64,000 nucleotides of DNA from Octopus sinensis (GCF_006345805.1 NC_043013.1:41850001-41914000); one strand, 5' to 3'; shown: positions 25,116 to 38,083, counted from the stretch's first letter. A program made the numbers and translations. The notes: generated by a model not told the origin, from the letters alone.

Positions 25116-25184
<69 letters not shown>

Positions 25185-25441
25185 GTATATGTAGATATAT
25201 ATATATATGTATATGTAGATATATATATATATGTATATGTAGATATATAGATATATGTTAATATTAGATATATATATATGTATATATATATATATACATA
25301 TAACATATATATATACTATACATATATTATACAATACTAATATATATACATATATATATACATATATATATACATATATATATACATATATATATGATAC
25401 ATATATATATTATATACATATATATATACATATATTTATAC

Positions 25442-25472
<31 letters not shown>

Positions 25473-25657
25473 CATATATTTAATACATATATATATATAG
25501 ATACATATATATATACATATATTTATACATATATATATATACATATACATATACATATATTTATACATATATATATAATACATATATTTATACCTATATA
25601 TATATACATATATATATATACATATATTTATACATATATTTATATATATATATATAA

Positions 25658-25689
<32 letters not shown>

Positions 25690-25829
25690 CATATATATAT
25701 AACACATGTATATATACATATATATATACATATATATATACACATGTATATATACATTTTATATATATATATACATATATATATACACATATATATATAT
25801 ACATATACATATATATATACATATACAAA

Positions 25830-26257
25830 AATTCTCCGCTACCAGCGGTCCAGTGAGAAAGAAAAGATAGTCAAAGACTATATAATATACATTCAAAAAT
25901 ATAAGGAATGCCATAATAGGACATTCGACTCACTAGAAAGAGCAGTCAAACTCAAACCGCTAATAGTTGTAATTCTGAAATTGAAAGAGAAATAAAAACT
26001 TTAGTAAACAAATTAATTAAATTTAATTTAATTTGTTTACTAAAGTTTGCCGAAACTATGCATAGTCCAGATATGAAAGCGTAAACGTTTTTATTTCTCT
26101 TTCAATTTCAGAATCACAACTATTAGCGCTTTGAGTTTGGCTGCTCTTTCTAGTGAGTCGAATGTCCTATTATGGCCATTCCTTATATTTTTGAATGTAT
26201 ATTATATAGTCTTTGACTATCTTTTCTTTCTCACTGGACCGCTGGTAGCGGAGAATT
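25830..26257. repeat. About 430-bp fold-back palindrome (170-bp arms) of the 24.2-24.5 kb family
   Basis: 25830-25999 is the near-perfect reverse complement of 26087-26257. A nested perfect 21-bp inverted repeat lies at 25996-26016/26028-26048. Confidence 0.9.
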
Positions 26258-26349
26258 GTTTCTAGAATTTTTTGCTACCCTTATATTTATTAATTATAAA
26301 TATATATACATATATATACATATACATATATATATACATATACATACAT

Positions 26350-26382
<33 letters not shown>

Positions 26383-26419
26383 ACATATATATATACATAT
26401 ATATATATATGCATATATA

Positions 26420-28520
26420 TAAGGATTCTTATGAGACGACGGACAAGGATTGCAAACCGCCTGAGCAAGCACACCAAAAGTGGTGAGAAGTCTCGGCTCG
26501 AAAGAATGCTAATGGAAACTGAGAAAAGTCTACATCAGTCCCATGAAAAGAGAGAGCAGATAAAGAAGCTTGGGTAATAGAAAATATAAAATCAAACCCT
26601 AAAGCTTTCTTTAAGTTGCCAAGAGACAGCCACAGTGCACCAGGAATAGGACCTCTCTTCCAAAAAGATGGCTCTCTCACAGGAAATCCCACGAGGATAA
26701 GTGAAATACTGAACGAACAGTTCCAAAGTGTGTTCACTACACCTCTAGGACACAGGCAAGTAAACAACCCAGAAGAATTCTTTGCCACTTTACCAGCGGC
26801 CAAAGAGACAAAAATTGAGTACATCAACATCGAAGAAGATGATATCACACTAGCCATTGATGAGATTGACACAACTCAGCTGCTGGACCTGATGGATTCC
26901 CAGCGATCCTTCTCAAATCGTGCAAACGAGCCCTTGCAAAACCGCTACAGCTTCTTTTTCAGAGCTTTCTTGCAAGTGGTAAGCTCCCAGTCAAACTGAA
27001 AGAGGGGGTAATATGCCCTATCCATAAGGGAGGTAGCAGAGCAGATGCTAAAAATTATAGGCCTATCTCTCTGACCTCACACATCAGCAAAGTCATGGAA
27101 CGAATAGTCCGTAAGAAACTAATCATGTTCCTTGAAGAAAATGACTTACTGTCTGACACCCAGCATGGATTTCGACCAGGTAGAGGCTGCCTAACACAGC
27201 TCCTGCAACACTATGACTGGGTGTTGAAACAGCTACTAAATGGCTCAAATGTGGATGTAATATATCTTGACTTTGCAAAAGCCTTTGATAAAGTCGACCA
27301 TGGTATGATCTGTCACAAACTGCGTGGTCTCGGCATAGGCGGGAAACTTGGAGAGTGGCTGCACAACTTCCTAAAAGACAGAAAACAGGCAGTTGTGAGC
27401 AATGGAGCCACCTCCAGGGAAATGCAAATAACAAGCGGTGTCCCACAGGGCACTGTCTTGGGGCCACTGATGTTCATAGTGGCCCTTTCATACATGCCTT
27501 CAGTTGCTACGATGACAACCCTTGCTAGCTATGCAGATGACACAAAAGTCTCCCACGCAATACAAAACCCTGAAAATATTGCGCATCTGCAACATGAGCT
27601 GGACACAATATACAGGTGGACTGAGGACAACAACATGCAGTTTAATGCAGGTAAGTTCCAGGCCCTGCGCTACTGGCACACAAAGGTAAATGACGTGAAG
27701 ACTGGATACACTGGCCCAGGAAGAATTGCAATCCCTGAGTCAAAATCAGTGCGTGACCTGGGCATTGACATGAGCAATGATGCATCTTTCCAAATGCATA
27801 TTGCTAATCTGGTGATAAAATGCAGACGGCTAGCTGGATGGATTCTCCGAACTTTCAGAACAAGAGAGAAGGAGACACTGATGGTCCTATGGAAAACATT
27901 TGTCCTCAGCCGCTTGGACTACTGCTCCCAACTTTGGTCACCACACAATATAAAACAAACAGCAGAACTCGAAGCAACTCAGAGAAGCTACACAAAGAAA
28001 ATCGTCTCAATGCAAAATGTCAGCTACTGGGAAAGACTGAAGGTATTAAACCTCTTCTCCCTGGAGCGGAGGCGGGAGAGATATGCAGTGATATACATCT
28101 GGAAAATCCTGGAGGGTCTTGTCCCAAACTTTGGCATTCAAAGTTACTCCAACCGCAGAACGGGGCGCCGCTGCGTGTGCCAAGGATTCCAACATCACCA
28201 TCAAAATACAGGTCCAGATACTGCAACAGCTGGGTTTCAGAGGACCACAGCTCTTTAACATCCTCCCTAAATGCCTGAGAGACTTACATGGTGTGGATGT
28301 GGGTTTCTTTAAAACTAAACTGGATCTCTTCTTGTTGGGAGTCCCAGATGAACCTACCTCACGACAGGAGACACGGATGCGGGCAGCAGCATCGAACTCC
28401 CTTGTTGATCAAGTGCCACGTATCAGAGGTGGATTCACAAACTAGTGTAGCTCATTCAGCGGTGGTGCCCCAGCATGGCCGCGGCCTTCGGGCTAAAACA
28501 TTTTTAAGGATTTAAGGATT
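26420..28520 (+). mobile_element. CR1/L2-group LINE, 5'-truncated, RT intact apart from two frameshifts, (TTTAAGGA)n tail
   Basis: ORF chain 26616/27095/28119: QHGFRPGRG, YLDFAKAFDKVDH, GVPQGTVLGP, YADD, SRLDYCSQLWSP, SLERRRERY, RGPQLFNILP. Confidence 0.93.
27095..28258 (+). CDS. Reverse transcriptase domain of LINE ORF2 (387-aa open segment)
   Basis: Canonical non-LTR RT motifs including YADD. Confidence 0.85.
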   Translation: MERIVRKKLIMFLEENDLLSDTQHGFRPGRGCLTQLLQHYDWVLKQLLNGSNVDVIYLDFAKAFDKVDHGMICHKLRGLGIGGKLGEWLHNFLKDRKQAVVSNGATSREMQITSGVPQGTVLGPLMFIVALSYMPSVATMTTLASYADDTKVSHAIQNPENIAHLQHELDTIYRWTEDNNMQFNAGKFQALRYWHTKVNDVKTGYTGPGRIAIPESKSVRDLGIDMSNDASFQMHIANLVIKCRRLAGWILRTFRTREKETLMVLWKTFVLSRLDYCSQLWSPHNIKQTAELEATQRSYTKKIVSMQNVSYWERLKVLNLFSLERRRERYAVIYIWKILEGLVPNFGIQSYSNRRTGRRCVCQGFQHHHQNTGPDTATAGFQRTTAL

Positions 28521-29035
28521 TATATATACATATACATATACATATATATTTATACATATATATACATATACATATATATATATACATATATATATATACA
28601 TATATATACATATACATATATATATATACATATATATACATATACATATATATACATATACATATACATACATATACATATACATATATATATACATATA
28701 TATACATATACATATATATACATATACATACATATACATATATAAGATATATACATATATATACATATACATACATAACATATATATATATACATATATA
28801 TACATATACATATATACATATATATACATATACATATACATTATATACTATACATATATATATACATATATATACATATATATATACATATATCTATATA
28901 TATATAATATATATACACATATATACATATACACATATATATTACAATATATATATATAAACTATATATAACATATACATATATAATACATATATATATA
29001 TATACATATATATACATATACATATATATATACAT

Positions 29036-30290
29036 TGCCAACAGCATGGGAGAGATATTGCAGAAACAATATTGCTCTGTTTTCAGCAATCCTGATATAA
29101 CTGATCTGGGCTGTATCAGTGATGCTACTCCCCAATACACTTTATCGGACATAACCTTTGGCGCTCCTGATGTCCTAGCAGCAATAAAGGAAATGAAGCA
29201 TAATTCAGCAGTAGGTCCCGATAGGTTCCCTGCTTATGTCTTGAAGATGTGACAACACCAACTTGCACCCCCTCTAGCCAATCTGTGGCGGAATTCACTG
29301 GATGCTGGTTATATACCAGAAGACCTTCTATCCCAGTCTGTTCTCCCAATTTTCAAAAAAGGAAACAAATCGCTTGCCGTGAAAAACCGTCCAATCTCAC
29401 TCACCTCTCATATCATTAAGGTATTTGAGAGAGTGCTGAGATCGCGTATGACTCACTTCCTTGAGAGTCATAATATGCTGAACTCCCACCAGCATGGATT
29501 CCGTAATGGAAGAGATTGCCTGACGCAGCTACTGCATTATTTTGATGACATTTTGAGAGCCTTGGGAGAGGGCTCCAACACTGATGTCATCTACCTTGAT
29601 TTCAGCAAGGCCTTTGACAGGGTTGATCATAAGATCCTTTTGAGAAAGCTGACTAATATTGGTGTCACTAGAAAGCTGCTGCAGTGGATCAAGTGCTTCC
29701 TGTCTAACAGAACCCAACATGTTGTAGTCAAAGGAGTCAAATCCAGCCCAGCCAAAGTCAGCAGTGGTGTCCCACAAGGCACTGTGTTGGGCCCACTTCT
29801 CTTCATCATCTACATTAATGATATTACTGACACCATCAAACAGAGTAACATCAGAACTTTCGCTGATGATTCCAAACTCCAGAAGGTCATCAATGGCGTG
29901 GATGACCGAAAAAAGCCTTCAGTCAGACCTACTGGCTGTTGTCCAATGGGCGGAAAAGAACAACATGTTGCTAAACGAAGACAAATTCGAACTGATCCAC
30001 TTTGGAAGGGAGGACGCTCTGAAACTCCCATACTCCCTTCCTTCTGGAGAAATTCTCATGACGTCTAGCAACATCAGAGACATGGGAGTAACAGTGGACA
30101 ACAACATAAGCTGGGCTACACATATAAGTAGCAAAGTTGACATGGCCCGCAGAATGTGTTCCTAGATTCTCATAACCTTCCAGTCAAGAGATTCCCACAC
30201 CATTATCCTTCTCTTCTCCACTTTTGCCCGACCCCACCTTAAATACTGCTGTCCACTGTGGTCTCCCTACACAAAACAAAATATTATGAG
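29036..30290 (+). mobile_element. Second CR1/L2-group LINE internal fragment (RT), decayed
   Basis: RPISLTSHIIKVFER, QHGFRNGR, YLDFSKAFDRVDH, GVPQGTVLGP, FADD; stops and a frameshift. Confidence 0.9.
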
Positions 30291-30563
30291 AACATGTATA
30301 CATACGCGCTCGCGCACTAATGTTGCTTTATGTAGAACGAATGAGAAAGGAGTATTCGATACATGTTGTAGAAGATACTCTTTCTATTGAAACTAATCTG
30401 GAAATTTGACTCGAGACTCGAATTTCACACCATTTTATTTGCCTGGTGATCGCAGCGATGTGAAACTGAAGCCATGACACAGCTTTTGCGTCGATACAAC
30501 TGTGTGTGAGTGTTCCCACACACGCTTACAGTGATGAATATAGAATATAAAAGTTGTAATATA

Positions 30564-30860
30564 TGGGGGTTGTCCGGAAAGTTTGTGCCGATTTTAAAGG
30601 AAATAAAAAGGTCAATAAATACTTGCCATTACATTTTAATCAACTAAATATGAACGATTTTGTTGCACAATGCGTCTCTATCTTTCCTTTAACTTGAAAA
30701 TACCCTCTTCCCAGAATTGAAGTGGTTTCATGGCAAAGAATTCATCAAGGTGTCTTTTTACTTCATCCAAAGAATTGAATTTTTTACCATTAAGACTATT
30801 CTGCAGAGACCTGAATTAGTGGAAATCCGAAGGAGCAATATCTGGTGAATATTGAGGGTG
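30564..30860 (-). mobile_element. Mariner fragment (one TIR + transposase 3' end)
   Basis: GGGTTGTCCGGAAAGTT TIR; matches 38639-38940. Confidence 0.8.
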
Positions 30861-31286
30861 GGGAACGAGGTAGTGTGAGTTGCTCTTTGCGCCTTGGACG
30901 TCTGATCTCTGCCTTTTGAAGTCTGTTATTTTCCATCAGATACGTTCTCTTAACTATAACATACCCCCAGTTTGGGGATAGATTAGGTGTAACTGAAGTG
31001 GTAAGAAATTCTCAAGAGAGCTGAACAGCAGAAGGTCTTCAGAGAAGAAACCTCACTTGGGTGTTTCAGTCCTTGACCCCTTTCACTCTACTCTAAGAAG
31101 GACGGGCTGCATCTAGGTCATAACTCTTGAGTGCCCTTCTGCAGATGCTTTTTATCCATATGTATATCGGAGACTTGTACATTTAAACCGCTTGGAGATT
31201 TCATTTACTTGTAACTCTTCTCTATGTTTAAATAAGCTTACTATGATAGGCGCAGGAATGGCTGCGTGGTAAATAACTTGCTTACC

Positions 31287-33786
31287 TCTGTCGTGGATAG
31301 ACGTGTTTTTTTGTTGTTTTTTTTTGGGGGGGGGCGGTGAGTCAAACGTTTTGTTGAACGTTAGATAGTTTTTCTATTGGAATTGTTGTTTATTGTTGAA
31401 TATTTTCGAACTGTTGAACATTGTTAAACTTTGAAAATTTTTGTGCTTTTTCCCGGTAACGGGAGAAAGTAATCGTTGAAATATTGAAATTATTAATATT
31501 ATTAATATTGAAATTATTAAAGCCAGCGGGGGTGGGATTTGAACTGTTATCCTCATTAAGAGGAAAAAAATATTATAGCTTTCCCGTTTTTTGGGATAAT
31601 CAATTTATTATTGCGTAAAAAATTAAATTTTAGCCGTTGTAGGCTCTATTGTTGCACCCCGCCACTAGCGTGGGTGAGATTTGGACTGTTGTCCTCGTTG
31701 TGAGAAAAAAAATATTATAGGTTTCCCGTTTTGGGGGATTCTGTATTTTTATTATTGTGTTTAAACAAAAAAATAATTTCGAACGTTGTAGACTTTGTTG
31801 TTACGTCTCGCTTCCCCCGCCCAGTGGGGGTGGGATTTGAACTGTTGTCCTCGTTGAGAGAAAAAAAAGTAAAAAATTATAGGTTTCCCATTTTCTAGGA
31901 TTAAATTGAGTATAAATTTATTCCGAACGAATATGTCGGTCGAAATAATTCAAGAAACATACCAGCTGCATGAGCCAGCAAAAAATTTCGCGGCAGTAGC
32001 TGCTGTATCGTGTCACGTGTGGTGAGGTCAGCCCCAGCATCACCAATAAAAGAATAAGTCAAAGAGTGACTAGAACCCTTGCTTTTCTTTTGTTTTAAAT
32101 GACTGCACTTAACCTTGGGTGTTTGAATGTGCGTGGTCTGAGCTCGAAGTGGAAGCAAGCTTGTTTCCTCGACGACCTCAGATCACACGATATGCATGTG
32201 ATGGTTGCTACAGAGACCAAGCTAGACAGAGTCTACAAGCCTTCTCGTCCCTCCTGAATGACTATGAGAACATCATGTCTCCTAGCCGGACAGGAGGGCG
32301 AGGGGGTGTAGTAGCACTGGTTCGAGAATGATTGGCTCTGCAGACAAGCACAGTCTATGTAGACCCAGAAGGTGGGGTGGTCGTCCTTGATGTGACATAC
32401 AGCAGTAAGGCCTTCAGGTTGATCGGGATCAATGCACCTTGTGCTAGAGGATTTCAAACTGATTTTTATCGGCGCCTATAGAACTTTCTCGTGACGTCGA
32501 AGGCATTAGTGTTGTTAGGTGACAATAACGCTACAGATGACGTACGCATCGATAGCGTTGGCTCGATCTATAGAAAAGTAAACTTACGTCTCGTAGATCT
32601 GCTCAAGAGTTTTCAGCTGGCAGACTGTTACAGACTTGACCATCCGAACGTCCCATGAGTGGCGACGGAAGGTTCAAGTCCTATTTAGATATGATAGTGA
32701 TAAGAACTGGAAATAAGTCTAGTTTTAGCTGTCCACAGCTTGTGCAAGTTGCTTACACTGACCATAGAATGGTTAAGTGTAGACTGGACATATATAGTAC
32801 AGTTAAGAGAGGATCCGGCTACTGGAAGTTGAACAGATCTATTTTGACTTGCGAGGCATACCGTAGCCGGATTGAGGAATTAGTAGAGAGGGCGTTAACC
32901 GGCGCGGTGGTGAATAACCGATGGTGGTTCGCCCTCAAGAGAGCCATTCGTTTTGAGTCTATTAGGTTTAGCCGTCAGCTAAGACTAGATAAGGCCAGAA
33001 TAGAAGGGCAACTAGTTAAGGACCTAGAGGAGGCGTTGAGGTTGGGCTCTGCATCTCACATTTTGGCAGCGAGAACGGCCTTAGACCGTGACCTCAAAGC
33101 CAAACATGTGGGGTGCAGAGTTCGGGCTAAAGTACGCGCATTGGGCCGTGAAGGAAACTGTCTTGCACGCATTTGTGGAATGTCCGGAATTAACGAGACT
33201 GATAGTTTTCGTAGAACAACTGTTGTCATCGATAGGGAGAGTACAGCTATCAGCTGAATCTATCATCGAGGTTGTGCCGCCTCCTTCCCTTAATAGGGAA
33301 AGGAAAGTTTGCTTTTTTTGCGTAGTAGCCATACTGAAAGAAACAGTATGGAAGACGCGTGTGAGAGGCATTGTGACGGGTACCTTTGTATCCAGCCAGG
33401 GGTTGGTCAACTTTTTTTAGTTACCTCCTCAGTAGTAAGATCAGGCTGGAGGAGAAGTACCTGTCACGAGACAGATTCATGAGAAGATGGAAGCCTGTGG
33501 CGAGGAAGCTGGGAGTGTTTGACACCAAATAAGTGGAAGCCAAAAACAGGAAAGGAAAACCAAGGGGTCTACCCTGATGGTCGGATGCCTATCCTTCAGA
33601 GAAGCCATTACAAATTTCATTTGTAATGAGCAACGCTTAAGCCAAAATTATAAGCTTATTCATTAAATTATTATATTTTTAAATTGTAAATATTTAATCG
33701 CCACAGCTACTTCGCCCTTTTATGTTTGTCTGTTCTTGTCAGTTCCCTCTTTGTGATGCCTTCATGGCAAATATTTATGAAATAAA
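31287..33786 (+). mobile_element. L1/Tx1-clade retrotransposon derivative, 2.5 kb, RT deleted, with 14-16-bp TSD
   Basis: ORF2 start at 32099: MTALNLGCLNVRGLSSKWKQACFLDDLRSHDMHVMVATETKLD (APE endonuclease); later TDH..V and SGYWKLNRS. It jumps at about 33155 to the C-terminal ETVLHAFVECP zinc-knuckle region; 3' end GAAATAAA. Confidence 0.85.
31520..31900 (+). repeat. About 150-bp tandem repeat (about 2.5 units) inside the L1/Tx1 element
   Basis: GGGGTGGGATTTGAACTGTT(G/A)TCCTC...AAAAAAATATTATAG.TTTCCC recurs at about 31525, 31668 and 31825. Confidence 0.85.
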
Positions 33787-34039
33787 GTAGCTTGCTTACC
33801 AACCACATGGTTCCGGGTTTAGTCCTACTGCGTGGAACCTTGGGCAAGTGTCTTCTACTATAGCCTCGAGCCGAGCTGGTGTGTTTACGTCCCCGTAACT
33901 TAACGGTTCGGCAAAAGAGACCGATAGAATAAGTACTAGGCTTACAAAGAATAAGTTCTGGGGACAATTTGCTCGACTAAAAGCATGGCCGCAGTCAAAT
34001 GACTGAAACAAGTAAAAGAGTATTATTATTATTAATATA

Positions 34040-34336
34040 CCACGTGACCGACCAGACCATCAGATGTTGTTACACATCGCTGGTCACAATGCGTTCGCAT
34101 TGTTTTAGCCTTCGAATGATGCCACCCCACTGGCTAAGCGAGCAGGCCAATAGAAGAAAGAGTGAGAGAAATAGTGGTGAAAGTGTACAGCAGTAATCAC
34201 CACCCCCTGCCGGAGCCTCGTGGAGCTTTAAGGTGTTTTCGCTCAATAAACACTCATAACGCCCGGTATGGGAATCGAAACCGCGATCCTACGACCGCGA
34301 GTCCGCTGCCCTAACCACTGGGCCATTGCGCCTCCA

Positions 34337-34338
<2 letters not shown>
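34040..34338 (-). mobile_element. SINE family C, tail C2
   Basis: Matches 24835-25115. Confidence 0.85.
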
Positions 34339-34369
<31 letters not shown>

Positions 34370-34939
34370 CACACATATATGTATACATATATATACATAT
34401 ATATGTAAAAACATATGTACTTATACATATACGCATATATACATGTATATGTTTTATATATATATATATATACACGCACACAAAGAATATCTATTCTGTG
34501 TGTGTGTAGTGTAGTGTCCTTAGACACACTTCGTACTGAAACCTTATCATTATACCAAGAATGTATTTTTAAAATGCGTTCATTAACCCGCGTACTTGAT
34601 AACCTTCAATGATACACATTGCTTATCTCCGCTTCTAGAGATCTTGCTGAAGTACCAAACTATTTATAAAGCGTTAGCTTTCGTTCAGTCCCGATAAGGT
34701 TTATATACAGAGACTATTAGCAAGGTTAATTGTTACATGTAGAAGGTTAACCAAGGAGATGCTCACAGCAATGGATATAGATAATCCAAAGAGTTGTTTT
34801 TTTTTTTAATATGACAATCCTATGAATAATTCATATAGCGTTTTCATATTTTTGAAATTAAATTTGTAAGCTTCGATCTCAGCTATGGTCTTTTCATTTG
34901 CCTTTTAACACGTCCGATCGTTTTATGCATATGCTCTTA

Positions 34940-35142
34940 ACTCTTTTACTTGTTTCAGTCATTTGACTGTGGCCATGCTGGAGCACCGCCTTTAGTCGAG
35001 CGAATCGACCCCCAGGACTTAGTCTTTGTAAGCCTAGTACTTATTCTATCGGTCTCGTTTTGCCGAACCGCTAGGTTACGGGGACGTAAACTCACCAGCA
35101 TCGGTTGTCAAGCGATGTTGGGGGACAAACACTGACACACAA

Positions 35143-35187
<45 letters not shown>

Positions 35188-35403
35188 ATGTATATATATA
35201 TGTATATATATATATATACACACACATATATATATACGACGAGCTTCTTTCAGTTTCCGTCTACCAAATCCACTCACAGGGCTTAGGTCGGACCGAGGTT
35301 ATAGTAGAAGACATTTGCCCAAGGTGCCACGCAGTGGGACTGAACCCGGAACCATAACCATGTGGTTCGTAAGCAAACTACTTACCATACAGCCACTCCT
35401 ACG
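34940..35403 (-). mobile_element. SINE family A, full length
   Basis: Complete tail-to-head structure. Confidence 0.9.
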
Positions 35404-35569
35404 ACTATATGTGCGTTTGTATACAAACGTGTGTATGTACATATGAAATATGCGTGTATGTGTGTATGTGTGCGTATGAACAAATTATGTGACTGTGTGT
35501 GTATGTGTTTGTGTATGCATATATATGTGTTTGTGCGTGTATATATTTATGTATGCGTATTTATATATA

Positions 35570-36399
35570 CAGGGTGCGATGGATAAATTGTCACCGTTCT
35601 ATATTTTTATAACGCGCAAGTGTATTGTTTGGTTTTGGTTTTGTCGTCCACAAAGTATAGTAGGGTCAATTGAGCACCGTCTGTAACAAAAACAGCACCA
35701 TGTCGGAATTCATTCTGCCAGAAATTTGGAAACGACATGCTGTACTGTTTGGCATTCGTGCCTGAAGCTCCAGTACGAACATTTCGGTGTTTTGGGTGTC
35801 AATCTGAGGATGGTGCAATTTGAAGACATGTATCGAGAGTGATAAAGAGGAAACATCCATTCAACATCATGGTGTTTGGTGTGATCACTAGTAATGGCGA
35901 CGTTATGCATCCATTCTTCTTCCCACACGGTATCAGACTCCACACGGAGGCCTACATCAAGTCCCAGGAGGAGATAGTGCTGCTCTGAGTCAAGAGGGTT
36001 GCTGCTAGAAAACCCTCTATCAGGCAAGAGGACTCTGCACCATACCACACAAGCACAAGAACTCAGTCATGGCTGTCAGACAATTTCTGCGACCACAGCA
36101 CCCCTAACATCTGGCCACCCAACTCCCTAGACTGCAGTCCCCTTGATTATTATGGTGTGTGGCGCAGATGACAACAAAACTCCATGTAACACCAAAGATG
36201 AATTGAAGGCAAGGATTATGGCAGCAGGAGATTCCGAAGTCGTCTGGAGGTCGTTGTTAAAGCCAATGGCGATTTTATTGAATAAATTTACTCTTTAGAT
36301 ATTTTTATGTAATTTTAGTAAATATATCTTTTAGAATGAGATGTCAGTGTTATTTTGATTCTTGCGTTATTTAGATAGCAGTATATTCACCGCACCCTG
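35570..36399 (+). mobile_element. Internally deleted maT (DD37D) Tc1/mariner element
   Basis: TA|CAGGGTGCG...CGCACCCTG|TA. QED(36031)SAPYH...WPPNSLDCSPLD(36145)Y has 37 residues between the two Asp. Confidence 0.88.
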
Positions 36400-37112
36400 T
36401 ATATGTATACGCACACACACATATATATATATATTCTTTTACTTGTTTCCGTCATCTGATTGGGGTCATGCTGGAGCACCGCCTTTAGTCGAACAAATCG
36501 ACCCCAAGATGTAGTTTTGTAAGCCTAGTACCTATTCTATCGGTCCTTTTGCTGAACCGCTAAGTTAAGGGAACGTAGACATCAGCGTGTGTATGTGTGC
36601 TCGCTTTGCAAACAATCAACTTAAGGTATAGAACCACGGCGCAGCATCTTCGGCAAATGTCTTTTGCTATAGCTCCAGGATAACTAATAACCTGGGAATG
36701 AATTTGACAGACGAAAACTGCGTGGAAACCTCCCCTCCATCGTGTTTGTATGTGTATGTGTGTCGGGGATGTGTGTCTTTGTGCCTCTGTTTGCCCCTGC
36801 CACCATTTGATAAACGGTTTGTTTACATCCCTGTAACTTAGCTGTTCGGCAAAAGGGCCCGACAGAATAAGTAACAGAATTGCAAGGCAATAAGCACAGG
36901 GCTCGATATTTTCGACCAGAAGCTTTCAGCGCGTTGCCCCATCATGGCCGCAGTCGAATGACTGAAATAAATACAAAAATAAAAACACATATATCCGCCC
37001 CCCACATACACACTTCATATATCATATTTTTATATGTATTCAAATATAGATACTGTATATTTATCATAATATCGTATATCATATCGTATGTGTGTGTGTG
37101 TATGTATGTATG

Positions 37113-37185
<73 letters not shown>

Positions 37186-37920
37186 TATATATATAATATA
37201 TATATATATATAAGCAATAATTATAAAGATATAGAATACATGGTCGTCCGAATAATACATCTCTCCAAATTCACATTATCTGTATATATATATATAAATA
37301 CATCATAAATCATATAGTGTGTGTGTGTGTGTGTGGTGTGTGTGTGTGTGTGTGTGTGTGTGATATTATATTACGTAGCGAGGTGGCATCTGATCGTCTG
37401 CCACTTGGCCATAACCGTATAAACTTGTTAACATTATGATGGTAGACAGATATCGCCATCTTCATAAAGCAGTCAAAATCGGATTAGCGGGCCATTCACC
37501 GAAGATCGACTAGTTTTGCTAAGTTAACTAAGTTTTGCTAACGACACTTCACCTAGACACACGTAGACATATCTCGTTCATATCTTTCGCTTATTCAATG
37601 TTTTATTATTTATATATGATCAATAATAAACATAATGAATGACAGGCAGGCTATAGTTCTTCTATTGAGCTTATACTGTCTATTGTATATGGTTTGAAGC
37701 TAAATGTCTAGAGATGGGTGTTTGTGTACGTTGTCGTATGTGTCATTCGTTAAATGAGTGTCGTATGAATGGCGTGTGGTTGGTTGTATGTAATGTTGAC
37801 GATTGTTTGAATGTGTGTTTGAAATGATGTGTATGTTTATGTAACAGATTTGTATACGTGTATATGTGTTAGAACACCAACACACACACACACATACACA
37901 CATACACTCACATATGTATA

Positions 37921-38075
37921 CGCGGTCTGATCAATAAGTATCCGGACTGTTGCTATAGTAACGAAGTTAAAGCTCGCGGAATAAAGCAGTTTGGCACTGG
38001 TTGAACTTGAAACCTGTTGTGCATGCGCACTGAGTTTTCACGTTCAAGCTCAATTCCACCGTTTACAGCAGTACT
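37921..38075 (+). mobile_element. Mariner left end (same family as 17603)
   Basis: TA|CGCGGTCTGATCAATAAGTATCCGGACTGTTG. Confidence 0.75.
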
Positions 38076-38083
38076 TGCAAAGA

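Larger units (their letters stand above)
31249..34020 (+). mobile_element. SINE family A (31249-31286 + 33787-34020) split by an L1/Tx1 insertion
   Basis: The head GGCGCAGGAATGGCTGCGTGGTAAATAACTTGCTTACC resumes as GTAGCTTGCTTACCAACCACATGG at 33787. Confidence 0.85.

Noticed and set aside
30860-31240. Coding-looking segment on the minus strand
   Set aside because: Stops in all frames and no motif I recognise.
37359-37880. Possible solo LTR (TG...CA, AATAAA)
   Set aside because: The termini are supplied by flanking (TG)n/(CA)n; no TSD or PBS seen.
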